A stretch of 64,000 bases of DNA from a bacterium BMS3Bbin08 (lineage in GTDB: Bacteria > Nitrospirota > Thermodesulfovibrionia > UBA6902 > BMS3Bbin08), in NCBI GenBank assembly GCA_002897775.1, contig BDTR01000025.1, positions 454-64,453 on the forward strand. Reading direction: 5' to 3'. Each line of letters opens with the position of its first letter. Positions within the stretch are counted from its first letter, which is position 1. The notes under the pieces were generated by a model. The model made no database searches and was not told where the DNA came from. It saw only the letters and a program-made list of their open reading frames with translations. Both the position numbers and the translations under genes were made by a program. Shown in pieces: positions 46,169 through 56,214 of this stretch.

Positions 46169-47323
46169 ATGAGTACCAGGCAAAAAACCTTCCTGTTTAC
46201 CTCTGAATCAGTTACCGAAGGGCACCCCGATAAAATCGCTGACCAGATCTCCGACGCGATACTTGACACGATCATATCTGAAGATAAAAACGCAAGGGTC
46301 GCGTGTGAAACGCTCCTGACCACAGGACTTGCCTTTGTTGCCGGCGAAATATCGACCACCTGTTATGCCGACATACCAGCCATAGTAAGAGAGACCATCA
46401 AAGATATCGGTTATACGAGGGCAAAGTATGGTTTTGATTATGAAACATGCGCGGTCATCACATCTATCCACGAGCAGTCTGTTGATATTGCCGCGGGGGT
46501 TGACCCTGGAGGCGCCGGAGACCAGGGACTTATGTTCGGATATGCCTGCGATGAGACCCCGGAACTCATGCCCTTGCCTATAATGCTGGCGCATAAGCTC
46601 GCGATGAGACTCACCGAGGTCAGGAAAAAAGATATTCTGGGCTACATCAGGCCCGACGGAAAAACCCAGGTCACGGTCCAGTATACCGGCGGCAAACCCA
46701 AAAAGGTTGATACAGTAGTGGTCTCAACACAGCACAGTCCTGATATAACGCTCAGGGAATTAAAGGAAGACATCATCGAGAAGGTCATAAAGCCCGTTAT
46801 TCCGAAGAAACTCCTTGACGAAGAACACATAACATATCACATCAACCCTACCGGCCGGTTTGTCATAGGCGGCCCGCAGGGTGACACGGGTCTGACAGGA
46901 AGAAAAATAATAGTTGACAGCTACGGCGGCATCGGAAGCCACGGCGGCGGCTGTTTTTCAGGCAAGGACCCGACAAAGGTCGACAGGTCAGGCTCTTACA
47001 TGGCCAGATATGTCGCAAAGAACATTGTTGCCGCCGGACTTGCCGATAAGGTCGAGATCCAGATTGCCTACGCAATAGGTGTTCCTGAGCCGGTATCAAT
47101 ACTCATTGATACATTTAATACAGGAAAAATTCCTGATAATGACATATCCGCTATTGTAAGAAAGAATTTTGATTTCAGGCCGAAATCACTGATAAAAACC
47201 CTTAACTTAAGAAGGCCCATCTACAAAAAAACCGCGGCATACGGCCACTTCGGCAGAAGCGAGCCTGAGTTCACATGGGAAAAAACCAATATGGCTGCGA
47301 CCCTGAAAAAGGCGGCAAAATAA
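46169..47323 (+). CDS. metK: S-adenosylmethionine synthetase
   Basis: 384 aa. [48 protein letters not shown]. Confidence 0.97.
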   Translation: MSTRQKTFLFTSESVTEGHPDKIADQISDAILDTIISEDKNARVACETLLTTGLAFVAGEISTTCYADIPAIVRETIKDIGYTRAKYGFDYETCAVITSIHEQSVDIAAGVDPGGAGDQGLMFGYACDETPELMPLPIMLAHKLAMRLTEVRKKDILGYIRPDGKTQVTVQYTGGKPKKVDTVVVSTQHSPDITLRELKEDIIEKVIKPVIPKKLLDEEHITYHINPTGRFVIGGPQGDTGLTGRKIIVDSYGGIGSHGGGCFSGKDPTKVDRSGSYMARYVAKNIVAAGLADKVEIQIAYAIGVPEPVSILIDTFNTGKIPDNDISAIVRKNFDFRPKSLIKTLNLRRPIYKKTAAYGHFGRSEPEFTWEKTNMAATLKKAAK

Positions 47324-47340
47324 CAGGGGGAAGCCAGTAT

Positions 47341-48780
47341 ATGATATCAACATCAAAGACCAGATCGGGGAAAAGCACAATGGACCATAAAATAGCTGAT
47401 ATAAACCTGGCAGAGTGGGGAAGAAAAGAAATAGAGATCGCCGAAAAAGAAATGCCCGGCCTGATGGCTGTAAGAGAAAAATATTCCGAAGAAAAACCTC
47501 TTAAGGGTGTCAGGGTCTCCGGATCTCTTCATATGACCATTCAGACGGCCGTGCTCATCGAAACCCTTGTCGCTATTGGGGCGGATGTCAGGTGGGCAAG
47601 CTGCAATATATTTTCGACCCAGGACCATGCTGCCGCGGCAATTGCGAAAACCGGTATACCGGTGTTTGCGTGGAAAGGGGAAACACTTGAAGAATACTGG
47701 TGGTGTACAGTTCAGGCACTGACCTTTCCCGGGGGAAACGGACCTCAATTAGTAGTGGACGACGGAGGAGACGCCGCCCTTTTGATCCACCTCGGTTATG
47801 AAGCAGAGAACGATCCTGCAATACTTGATAAAAAAACAGACAGTGCTGAAATGGAGATGATCAACAACCTTCTTAAGGAACAGTTGCTGGAAGACAATCA
47901 AAGATGGCATAAAGTGGTCAAGGACTGGCATGGTGTCAGTGAAGAGACAACTACAGGAGTTCACAGGCTGTATGAGAGAATGAGCAATGGCACTCTTCTG
48001 GTCCCCGCGATAAATGTAAATGACTCTGTTACCAAATCAAAGTTTGACAACCTCTACGGCTGCAGGGAATCACTGGTAGACGGCATCAAAAGGGCAACAG
48101 ACGTCATGATTGCCGGAAAAGTTGCGGTTGTGTGCGGTTACGGCGATGTTGGAAAAGGATGCGCCCAGTCCTTAAGGGAGTTCGGGGCGCGCGTCATTAT
48201 AACTGAAATAGACCCTATCTGCGCCCTTCAGGCCGCTATGGAAGGCTATGAAGTGAAAACCGTTGAAGATACTCTGGGTGTTGCCGATATCTATGTGACT
48301 GCCACGGGAAACAGGGATATCCTTGCCCTGGAGCACATGGAAAAGATGAAAGACCAGGCCATCGTCTGCAATATCGGGCATTTTGACAATGAGATACAGG
48401 TCGACAGGCTGAGCAGCCACCCCGGCATAAAGAAGACCAACATAAAGCCCCAGCTTGACAGGTATCTGTTCCCTGACGGACACTCGATATTTCTCCTTGC
48501 GGAAGGACGGCTTGTAAATCTGGGGTGCGCGACAGGTCACCCTTCATTCGTTATGTCCAACAGCTTCACAAACCAGGTGCTGGCACAGATCGATCTCTGG
48601 GAGAACAGGGAGAATTACGAAAAAAAGGTCTACACGCTTTCGAAAAAACTTGATGAAGAGGTCGCCAGGCTGCATCTTGAAAAGATCGGCGTTAAACTGA
48701 CAAAACTCACCCGGGCACAGGCTGATTATATAGGGGTCCCTGCTGAAGGACCTTTCAAGCCCGATTATTATCGATACTAA
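47341..48780 (+). CDS. ahcY: adenosylhomocysteinase
   Basis: [27 protein letters not shown], the NAD motif CGYGDVGKG, and the C-terminal tail PDYYRY. The ATG at 47341 is preceded by aggggga. The ORF-track start at 47275 overlaps metK. Confidence 0.95.
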   Translation: MISTSKTRSGKSTMDHKIADINLAEWGRKEIEIAEKEMPGLMAVREKYSEEKPLKGVRVSGSLHMTIQTAVLIETLVAIGADVRWASCNIFSTQDHAAAAIAKTGIPVFAWKGETLEEYWWCTVQALTFPGGNGPQLVVDDGGDAALLIHLGYEAENDPAILDKKTDSAEMEMINNLLKEQLLEDNQRWHKVVKDWHGVSEETTTGVHRLYERMSNGTLLVPAINVNDSVTKSKFDNLYGCRESLVDGIKRATDVMIAGKVAVVCGYGDVGKGCAQSLREFGARVIITEIDPICALQAAMEGYEVKTVEDTLGVADIYVTATGNRDILALEHMEKMKDQAIVCNIGHFDNEIQVDRLSSHPGIKKTNIKPQLDRYLFPDGHSIFLLAEGRLVNLGCATGHPSFVMSNSFTNQVLAQIDLWENRENYEKKVYTLSKKLDEEVARLHLEKIGVKLTKLTRAQADYIGVPAEGPFKPDYYRY

Positions 48781-48799
48781 TACTGAGCTTGCCGAAGTG

Positions 48800-49486
48800 C
48801 TACTTAGCGACTTCCTCTTTGTACTGCTTAAAAGTGACGACCCTGTTCCTGCCCGTCTTCTTTGCCATGTAAAGCGCGTCGTCCGCGGCTTTTATTAAGC
48901 CGTCCTTATCGAGCGAGTCATCGGGAAAGACCGCGACACCTATGCTTACAGAGAGATGACAGGCCTTGCCCCTGATATCAAGCGAGCTCACGCCGACGTC
49001 GCTTCATATTTTTTCAGCTACCCTGATGCCGCCGTTGTACGACGACTCCGTAAGTGTAATGGCGAACTCTTCCCCGCCGTAACGTGAAGCAGAGTCGATC
49101 TTTCTAACGTTCCGGCTTAAAATATTTGACAACCACCTGAGGGCCGCGTCACCCTCCTGGTGCCCATAGGTATCGTTGAATTCCTTATTTCTTTTATACG
49201 TGTAGATCAGATAGATCAGACCTGTTGAGACCATCAATAAAGAAACAGAGAAGAAGAAGTAGGCCCTGAGCTGTATACGTCCGATCTCATCCACAAGCTG
49301 GTTTAATTGGAAAGACTCGAGCGAGGAAAACCCTGGATTTCTTTCAGCAAGTTTTCTGGTGAACACCAGGATCTTATCCGTGCTGTTATAAACATCTCCA
49401 AAGGAAAAGACCGCGGCAATTATGATCATGATTATAAAAACTATACCGATGAAATAAAAAGTGGTTAGTTTGCGCAGTACTCTCAT
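48800..49486 (-). pseudogene. degenerate GGDEF-domain membrane protein interrupted by an in-frame TGA
   Basis: Two TM segments, then KEFNDTYGHQEGD...RYGGEEFAI...AEKI, a TGA at 49004-49006, and continuation in the same frame as SDVGVSSLD...LSVSIGVA...ADDALYMAKKTGRNRV. The usual D.LT.L.NRR start of the domain is missing. The ATG at 49486 overlaps the upstream stop (ATGA). Confidence 0.7.
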
Positions 49487-50454
49487 ATCGCCTTCATGAC
49501 CCCCAGAGTACTTTTTATGACCTTTCTGTCCCACATAATGGATACGTGGTTTGCGCGTATATTATGATGTTCCGACGACCATGGCATCAAAGAGCTTTTC
49601 GCGGAAACAAGCCCGTCGCCCTTACCCGGTGTTATTTCGTCGGTGATCAGAAACGACGGGGTAATTTTAAGCAGTGAATCCGGTATGGACAACAATGGCC
49701 TGGGATGGAGACCTCTCCCGGTCCTTTTACACATATAAACAGTGAAAAACCTCGGCTCAGTACCTCCGAACGATAAATAACTCACTCCTTTCTGGAACGA
49801 GTCTCTCAGGTTTTCGAAGAAAACCGAATCCGGAAGAAGCTCTTTCAGGGCGCTTCCTTTGAGCAGGTCAGCGACATTCTTGATGGTCCTGGAAACAGTG
49901 CCATGGGCTTCTTTCGGCAGAACATTCTTAAGCACGGCTGAGAATGGTTTAAGATACTTCCCCAGCAGGGCGATCGAACTGCCGGCATGAGGGGTGGAGA
50001 TCGTTATAAGCGCCTTTATCCCGGCTCTTTTTCTTTCCATGAACTTTCTCGCGACAAGCCCTCCCCTGCTGTGTCCTATGAGGGCTATGGGCTTTCCCGG
50101 AAAGATCCTTTTCGCTCTGCTTACGACCTTGCCGAGCTCCTCAGCGGCAACCATTATCGGCCCTGCAGTCCTTCCCTGGCTCCAGCAGATAATACTAAAA
50201 CCATCATCTCTTAACGCGGCCCAGAGGTTATTGATCCTCTCAGGAATTGTTCCGATAGAGATCTTCCGCGCGTATTGACAGGTCGGTCCGGGCTTTGAAG
50301 CCGCAAAGATCTTTAGCGGTACGTTTTTGGCAAAGATCCTGGTATTCATCGGGTCAATCCAGATGTCCCTGTCCACTCCAAGACCGTGGATGAAGATTCC
50401 AACCGGTCTGTCATCCCGGCCTTTGTGAACCACCGTGTCCAAACCTGATCTCAT
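49483..50454 (-). CDS. alpha/beta-fold hydrolase (lipase/esterase-like)
   Basis: 323 aa. Nucleophile elbow IGHSRGG and IFIHGLG near the N-terminus. Confidence 0.75.
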   Translation of the reverse strand: MRSGLDTVVHKGRDDRPVGIFIHGLGVDRDIWIDPMNTRIFAKNVPLKIFAASKPGPTCQYARKISIGTIPERINNLWAALRDDGFSIICWSQGRTAGPIMVAAEELGKVVSRAKRIFPGKPIALIGHSRGGLVARKFMERKRAGIKALITISTPHAGSSIALLGKYLKPFSAVLKNVLPKEAHGTVSRTIKNVADLLKGSALKELLPDSVFFENLRDSFQKGVSYLSFGGTEPRFFTVYMCKRTGRGLHPRPLLSIPDSLLKITPSFLITDEITPGKGDGLVSAKSSLMPWSSEHHNIRANHVSIMWDRKVIKSTLGVMKAI

Positions 50455-50511
50455 AGCAAAATCTCGTTCAGCCGGGACTCATAAAAACCTTATGTCCTCA
50501 AAGGGCCTTTA

Positions 50512-50946
50512 TTAAAGCAGGTTTACTGTTTCAAGGTTCCCGTCGTTTTTTAAATATACAACCTTTATTATCCGGGCATTCCTGATCATGCGGGTGCAGA
50601 GCTTACACGGCGCTCCGTTGGCGATACTTTTGTCCTCTTCAAAACCCGCTATATAGATGGCCGCGTCCTTCATCCTTTCAGGCCCGCCGTTGATGATCGC
50701 GTTTTGCTCGGCGTGAACAGCCTCGCAAAGTTCATACCTTTCGCCCGAGGGTACATTAAGCTCCTTCCGGGTACATTTTTGCCTGTCAATACAGTTATCC
50801 ACACCCCGGGGCGAACCGTTGTATCCGGTACTGATTATAACATTATCCTTAACAACTACCGCCCCGTATCTTCTTCTCAGGCAGGTTGATCTTGATGAAA
50901 CCACTTTCGCAATTTCGATAAAATAGTTGTCCCATGACGGACGCAA
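50512..50946 (-). CDS. deoxycytidylate (dCMP) deaminase
   Basis: 144 aa. Zinc motifs HAEQNAI and PCKLCTRMI. TTG start with SD ggagg 6 nt upstream. Confidence 0.9.
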   Translation of the reverse strand: MRPSWDNYFIEIAKVVSSRSTCLRRRYGAVVVKDNVIISTGYNGSPRGVDNCIDRQKCTRKELNVPSGERYELCEAVHAEQNAIINGGPERMKDAAIYIAGFEEDKSIANGAPCKLCTRMIRNARIIKVVYLKNDGNLETVNLL

Positions 50947-50957
50947 AGAAACCTCCG

Positions 50958-50985
50958 CAATTGTCGATCGTCAATTGTCAATTGT
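50958..50985. repeat. 7-nt tandem array (CAATTGT CGATCGT CAATTGT CAATTGT)
   Basis: Read directly. It fills most of the 51-nt spacer between the cysE-cysS stop and the dCMP deaminase start. Confidence 0.75.
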
Positions 50986-50997
50986 TATTTTAAAGGG

Positions 50998-53178
50998 TCA
51001 CCCGGCCTTTATTTTCCAGTCGGTTCTGTCCTTTTTATCTTCAAGTATGATCCCTTTTCCCTCAAGCTCTTTCCTTATACTGTCCGAGAGGTCCCAGTCT
51101 TTTTTCTGCCTTGCCTCCTGTCTGGCAGATATCTTATCAAGGATATCATCTCCTGACAGGCCGATCTTTTTTACATCCATTAATGACCGGTACCATTCTT
51201 CCGGTGTTCTCTGGAATATATTCAGCACTGCGCCGATCCCGGAAAGGACCTCTTTTGTCCTTAGGACAAGCTCCCTGGCCTTTTGCCCTGAAGGCTTCCC
51301 GTCAAGGAACCTGTTCACCTCCCTGACAAGCTCAAATATATGTCCAAGCGCAAGCGCGGAGTTGAAGTCATCATCCATGGCAGATTCGAATTTGCCCCTG
51401 GCAGAGGACAACAGCTTTTCAAACTCATCATCAACCCCGTTAGAGGCTTTCTTCTCAACAGGGAGTTCCTCAGATGATTTGTCAGCGGTTCCTCCTGTCT
51501 CTATAAAATCATTGATCCTCATTACAGTCGAATAGTACCTGTCAACAGAAACCTCTACATCGTTTAGCTGGGCGTCTGAAAAATCTATGGGACTCCTGTA
51601 ATGGGTTGATAGCAGGAAGTAACGCACCACTTCCGGATCATATTTCCCCAGGATCTCTTCGACCGTAAAAAAGTTGCCAAGAGATTTGGACATCTTCTCT
51701 TTGTCGACCGTTATAAACCCGTTATGCAGCCAGTACTTTACAAAAGGCTTGCCTGTAACGGCCTCGCTCTGGGCTATCTCGTTCTCATGGTGCGGGAAGA
51801 TAAGGTCAGCTCCTCCGCCGTGTATATCAAAGCTTTCGCCAAGATACTTCATCGACATGGCGCTGCATTCTATGTGCCATCCCGGCCGTCCGGGTCCCCA
51901 CGGGCTCTCCCATGAAGGCTCGCCCTCTTTAGAGGATTTCCAGAGGGCAAAGTCAAGCGGGCTCTTCTTCCTCTCATCCACATCGACCCTTGCTCCGGCC
52001 ATCATCTCATCCGGATTCCGGCCTGAAAGCTTTCCGTATCCCGGAAATTTACTGACCTCGAAATAGACGTCTCCGTCAACACTATAGGCGACCCCGGTAT
52101 CAACAAGCCTTTTTATCAGGTCCACCATCTCCTTTATGTGCCCGGTCGCCCTTGGCTCAATATCTGCCCTGCTGACGCCAAGCATGTCCATATCCCTGTA
52201 GTATTTCTCTGTATATTTCCCGGCTATCTCGTCTGTCGATACATTTTCCTGAGCCGCCTTTGCGATTATCTTGTCGTCAACATCAGTAATGTTCCTTATG
52301 TGTTCTACCTTGTACCCCTTAAATCTCAGATACCTTTTTATAACGTCAAAGACTACCGCGCTTCTTGCATGTCCAAGGTGGCTGATATCATAAGCGGTAA
52401 TGCCGCATACATACATGCTGACCTTACCTGGAGTGATGGGGAGAAATTCTTCTTTCTTCCTGGTCAGCGTGTTATAAACCCTCATCCCTGCCTGTCCGGA
52501 AGGCAGGTTTCCGTCTTTTTTACTTTGTTTTTCCATTGCATCAATCCTCTTTGCCAGTTCATCGACCCTTGACTCCATCTCTTCAATCTTCTCTGACACC
52601 GGGTCAGGGAAATGGTCCATAACCTCGACCAGCCCCTCTTCTGTGGTCATCCTGATGATCTTTTTCCTGGTGATCCTGCCCGGTACACCGACCACAGTCG
52701 CGTTGTCAGGTATGGATTTAAGTATGACCGAATTCGCGCCTATCTTCACATTATTTCCGACAGTTATCGGACCCAGTATCTTTGTTCCTGTTCCTACGAC
52801 AACATTGCTGCCCAGGGTCGGGTGTCTCTTGCCTTTTTCCGTGCCGGTACCCCCAAGCGTAACACCCTGATACAGCGTAACATTCTCTCCTATTTCAGAT
52901 GTCTCGCCGACAACAACACCCATGCCGTGGTCAATGAAAAAACCGCCTTTGATCTGCGCGCCGGGGTGTATTTCTATTCCGGTTAGGAACCGCCCCACGT
53001 GGGACAGGAACCTTGGCATCACAGGGACACGGATCTTCCACAAAAAATGGTTTATTCTGTGCAGAAAGATCGCGTGAAAACCCGGATAAGCAAGCACGAC
53101 CTCGATCCCGTTCTTTGCGGCCGGGTCCATCTCAAAAACTGCTTTGTAATCATGCCTTACGTCCTTCCAAAAACCCAT
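50998..53178 (-). CDS. cysE-cysS: fusion protein: serine O-acetyltransferase (N-terminal) + cysteinyl-tRNA synthetase (C-terminal)
   Basis: A single 726-aa ORF. Residues 1-170 form the CysE hexapeptide-repeat region ([31 protein letters not shown]...). A ~60-aa coiled-coil-like linker follows. From Met232 (nt 52485) there is a complete CysS ([29 protein letters not shown]). No stop codon separates the two parts. Confidence 0.85.
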   Translation of the reverse strand: [726 protein letters not shown]

Positions 53179-53185
53179 AGCAGGT

Positions 53186-53191
53186 ATTATA
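53186..53191 (-). promoter_or_regulatory. TATAAT box 7 nt upstream of the cysE-cysS ATG (possible leaderless start)
   Basis: The minus strand reads ttgTATAATacctgctATG. No SD is visible and no good -35 was found. Confidence 0.25.
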
Positions 53192-53203
53192 CAATAAAAA
53201 TAT

Positions 53204-53259
53204 GAGAAGTTAGGAAGTTAAGAAGATAGGAAGCTGAGAAGTTGGGAAGTTAAGAGGTC
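53204..53259. repeat. 8-nt tandem array, 7 units (GAGAAGTT AGGAAGTT AAGAAGAT AGGAAGCT GAGAAGTT GGGAAGTT AAGAGGTC)
   Basis: Read directly, between the yajQ stop and the cysE-cysS start. Confidence 0.85.
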
Positions 53260-53308
53260 AGCAAATTATTCCAGGCTTTCGCACTTCTGCTCTTCCGCGC
53301 TCCTGGTG

Positions 53309-53806
53309 TTACCGGTAGTTCACAAACTCCATGTGCACATTGAAATCTTTTTCTTTCAAAAGGCTGATCGTTGACTGAAGGTCATCGATCTTATTTGCCT
53401 TTACGCGCACCTGGTCTTTCTGGATCTCAGACTGCACCTTGAGCTTTGTCTCTTTTATGGTCTTAACGATCTCTTTGGCCTTTTCTGTCGTTATGCCCTG
53501 CTGGATGGTTATAACCTGTTTTGCGGTTCCGGAAAGAGCAGGCTCGATCTTTCCGTAATTTAACGATTTTAAAGATATTTTTCTCTTAACTAATTTACCC
53601 TGAAGTATATCGACAACACTTTTGAGCTTGTACTCGTCATCAGAAGCAACACGTATCTCGTTCTTTGCCTGGTCAAGCTCAATACTGCTTTTGCTGCCTT
53701 TAAAGTCAAATCTCTGGCTGATCTCCTTGAGCGCCTGCTGAATAGCATTTGAAACCTCCTGAAGGTCCACTTTGCTCACAATATCAAAGGAGTGATCACT
53801 TGCCAT
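53309..53806 (-). CDS. yajQ: YajQ-family (UPF0234) nucleotide / c-di-GMP-binding protein
   Basis: 165 aa. [33 protein letters not shown] is a typical YajQ N-terminus. Confidence 0.9.
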   Translation of the reverse strand: MASDHSFDIVSKVDLQEVSNAIQQALKEISQRFDFKGSKSSIELDQAKNEIRVASDDEYKLKSVVDILQGKLVKRKISLKSLNYGKIEPALSGTAKQVITIQQGITTEKAKEIVKTIKETKLKVQSEIQKDQVRVKANKIDDLQSTISLLKEKDFNVHMEFVNYR

Positions 53807-53991
53807 AGTTTAAGTCCCCTTATTATTCCAGATTTCCCGACAGGTACATATTTTAAAGAAGTAAGGCAGTATTATCAACCGATTTATTACGGACAGAGAA
53901 AAATTCCGGCCGCGCATAGCCAAATACATAAGACGATGTTATAATTATATTAGATAACCTGATTGAAAATCTCAACTCAGCATACAACATT

Positions 53992-54339
53992 ATGGGAAAA
54001 AATATCAATTTATCGACAAGGATCCTGATCCATAGCTCTGTAGGGTGCCTTGCCGGTCTCGTGTTCCTGCATCCGGTGTCCATGTTTATCTTTAATATTT
54101 ATGGACACAATACCATGGAGCACTTTTTTGACCCGGGCCACCTGCTGATGGCAGTATACTTTTCATTACTGGGAGGCGCCATAGGTTTTTTTAACGGGCT
54201 ATATATCCACAAAAAAACCTTACTTTACAAGGAGATAGAGATCCTCTCCATTACCGATGAATTGACCTCCCTGTATAACCGCCGTTTTTTTACGAGTCAG
54301 CTCGGCAAGGAGATGGAAAGAGAGATGAGCACCGCCTGA
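53992..54339 (+). pseudogene. N-terminal fragment of a membrane GGDEF protein
   Basis: 115 aa. Two TM segments, then ITDELTSLYNRRFFTSQLGKEMERE (the first helix of a GGDEF domain), then the ORF terminates. Confidence 0.55.
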
Positions 54340-54665
54340 CCGTCAGGCCCGGTAATGATGAGCCGGCCCCGAAGCCACGCCACCATGCCATCATGTATCT
54401 GGTACTGAACCCTTCTGAAAAAATTCCTTATTTCCTTCACCGAATCCCTTATGCCGAGTTCTATTACACCGTGGATCACTATGACGTTATACAGGTTAAT
54501 CCAGAAGGCAATCTGCTCCTGCCTGCTCTTCTGGAAGTTCAGGGCCATTTTTTTCAGGGTGTAGCTCATTTCCAGATACTGCCCGTATGCCTCTGATCTC
54601 CGCATCCGTTCGTAGGCAACCCGGCCCTTCGCAGTATCAAAAAACGCGCCCCTTAGAACATTCAT
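54340..54665 (-). pseudogene. DUF547-like fragment
   Basis: Contains QIAFWINLYNVIVIHGVIE, typical of DUF547, but similarity is lost after ~95 aa. The ORF tail runs antisense into the GGDEF fragment. The boundary at 54340 is approximate. Confidence 0.45.
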
Positions 54666-54710
54666 TGAGTCTTTGAGATTAACAGCTATCTCTTTTGGCG
54701 GAATGTCATA

Positions 54711-56118
54711 TCAGGACTCTCCGTCATTCAGCACTATCCTGTCTGCCAGAAGGATGTTCAACCCTGGCATTTCTTTTTCCGGCTCCACACCCTTTTCTTT
54801 TGCCTTCCGCAGGGCAACTGCACTGTTTATATATCCTATATGAGTAAACGCCTGCGGGAAATTGCCCAGCGCTTCCTTCCATACGACATCATACTCTTCT
54901 GAAAAAAGCCCCAGGCCGTTTGCAGTGCCTTCGATGCGGCGAATAAAGGTTTCAGCCTCATCAAGCCTGCCAAGCGCGATAAGATTATCGACCAGCCAGA
55001 AAGTGCAGAGCAGAAACGGCCCTCCTCTTACCTCCCATATTCCCGAGTCCCTGTCTTTCCAGTGATCAACAACATGATTACAAATGCCCCGGAGGAAAGG
55101 CCATATCTCTGAATCTACTTTGCCTACATATCGGGAGAGCTTTAAGGCTGAGTCCAGAAGTTCGCCGTAGATATCAAGTTGTCTCTGTTTGGCTGCTTCA
55201 TTTCCGATACGCACAGGCCTGGAGCCCTTGTATCCGTCCAGATGGGAAAGCTCCTCTTCAGGCAAATTCTCTTCCCCGCGGAGCCCGTACATTATCTGCA
55301 TCCTGGCCGCGCCGTGCTCTGACAGCAGTCTTTCTATCCATCTCAGGTACCCCTCTGTCTCTGACAAATGCCCGAGATTAAAAAGCGCCTGCAGTGTAAA
55401 AGAGGCGTCCCTCACCCATGTATACCGGTAATCCCAGTTCCTTACCCCGCCGACCTCTTCGGGCAGGGAAGTTGTGGCCGCGGCTGCGATAGCGCCTGAA
55501 GGTTCGTAGTAGAGACCTTTCTGCTTTCTCCTTATCAGGTCCGGCCGGTTTTTCCTCTTCATACGCCAGATGCAGCCATTTGCTTTCACCTTCAGACATC
55601 TGCCACTCCGCCTCCGCCCGGTTCTCACTGATATTGAGTTTATGCCCGCTGGAGAGGACCAGGCTTTCCCCATTACCTTTGGCAATGACCCCCAGGTCAT
55701 GTCCTTCGAGCACTGTTTCCGCCCGGGCATAATTAAACCTCGGTTCAAAGACCAGCCTGGCATTTACTCTGCCCTTAAGCACCTCTACAAACCTGTACAG
55801 TTCATGGTTCTGTTTCTCTAAAACCTCAATTCCGCAAGAACAAACAGGCATAAAATCAGTAATCCGCATGATTCCGGTCCTTGTTCTGAACATGATCATC
55901 AATATGTTGGTACCGGGCCTGTATTCAGATGTTGAATCCCATTCATCAACGGGCGAGACAGAACAATAACCGCCTTTCCCGTCATCGAGCAGTGCGCCGA
56001 ATACGCTTGGTGAATCGATATGAGGCAGACAAAGCCAGTCTATAGAGCCGTCCAGCCCTACAAGCGCAATTGAGTGAAGGTTTCCGATTATGCCGTAATC
56101 ACTTATTTTTTTGTACAT
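54711..56118 (-). pseudogene. glycoside hydrolase family 15 (glucoamylase-like) gene with a frameshift and internal deletions
   Basis: The N-domain ORF 55378-56118 (YGIIGNLHSIALVGLDGSIDWLCLP) and the catalytic-domain ORF 54711-55763 (TTSLPEEVGGVRNWDYRYTWVRDASF) are in different frames. EVRGGP joins directly to FLLCTFWLV, which implies that about 100+ residues are missing. Confidence 0.75.
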
Positions 56119-56130
56119 CTTTTAAAAAAC

Positions 56131-56151
56131 CGTTATTAGTTGTTCGTTATC
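56131..56151. repeat. 7-nt tandem array (CGTTATT AGTTGTT CGTTATC)
   Basis: Same unit family and gene-relative orientation as 40734-40768. Starts 12 nt upstream of the GH15 ATG. Confidence 0.55.
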
Positions 56152-56176
56152 TGACGCGCGATACAGAATTCGCTAA

Positions 56177-56214
56177 AATGGAACCCCACTGGCAAGCCCG
56201 CCTACCCGCAGGCC
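56177..56214. repeat. REP-like element copy (aatggaaccccactggcaagcccgcctacccgcaggc)
   Basis: Aligns with 37975-38012 (atatggaactttacgggcaggcccgcctaccggcaggc). Supplies the last codons and the stop of the 56202-57650 gene. Confidence 0.65.

Noticed and set aside
49004-49006. In-frame TGA in the GGDEF gene as a selenocysteine codon or programmed read-through.
   Set aside because: The position corresponds to a non-catalytic helix where no Cys/Sec is expected. I see no SECIS-like hairpin immediately downstream. The gene shows other signs of decay (missing N-terminal subdomain).
53186-53214. A full sigma70 promoter for a leaderless cysE-cysS mRNA.
   Set aside because: Only the TATAAT box is convincing. 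The -35 position reads cctaac, and the TG is not correctly spaced for an extended -10. It is kept as a low-confidence feature only.
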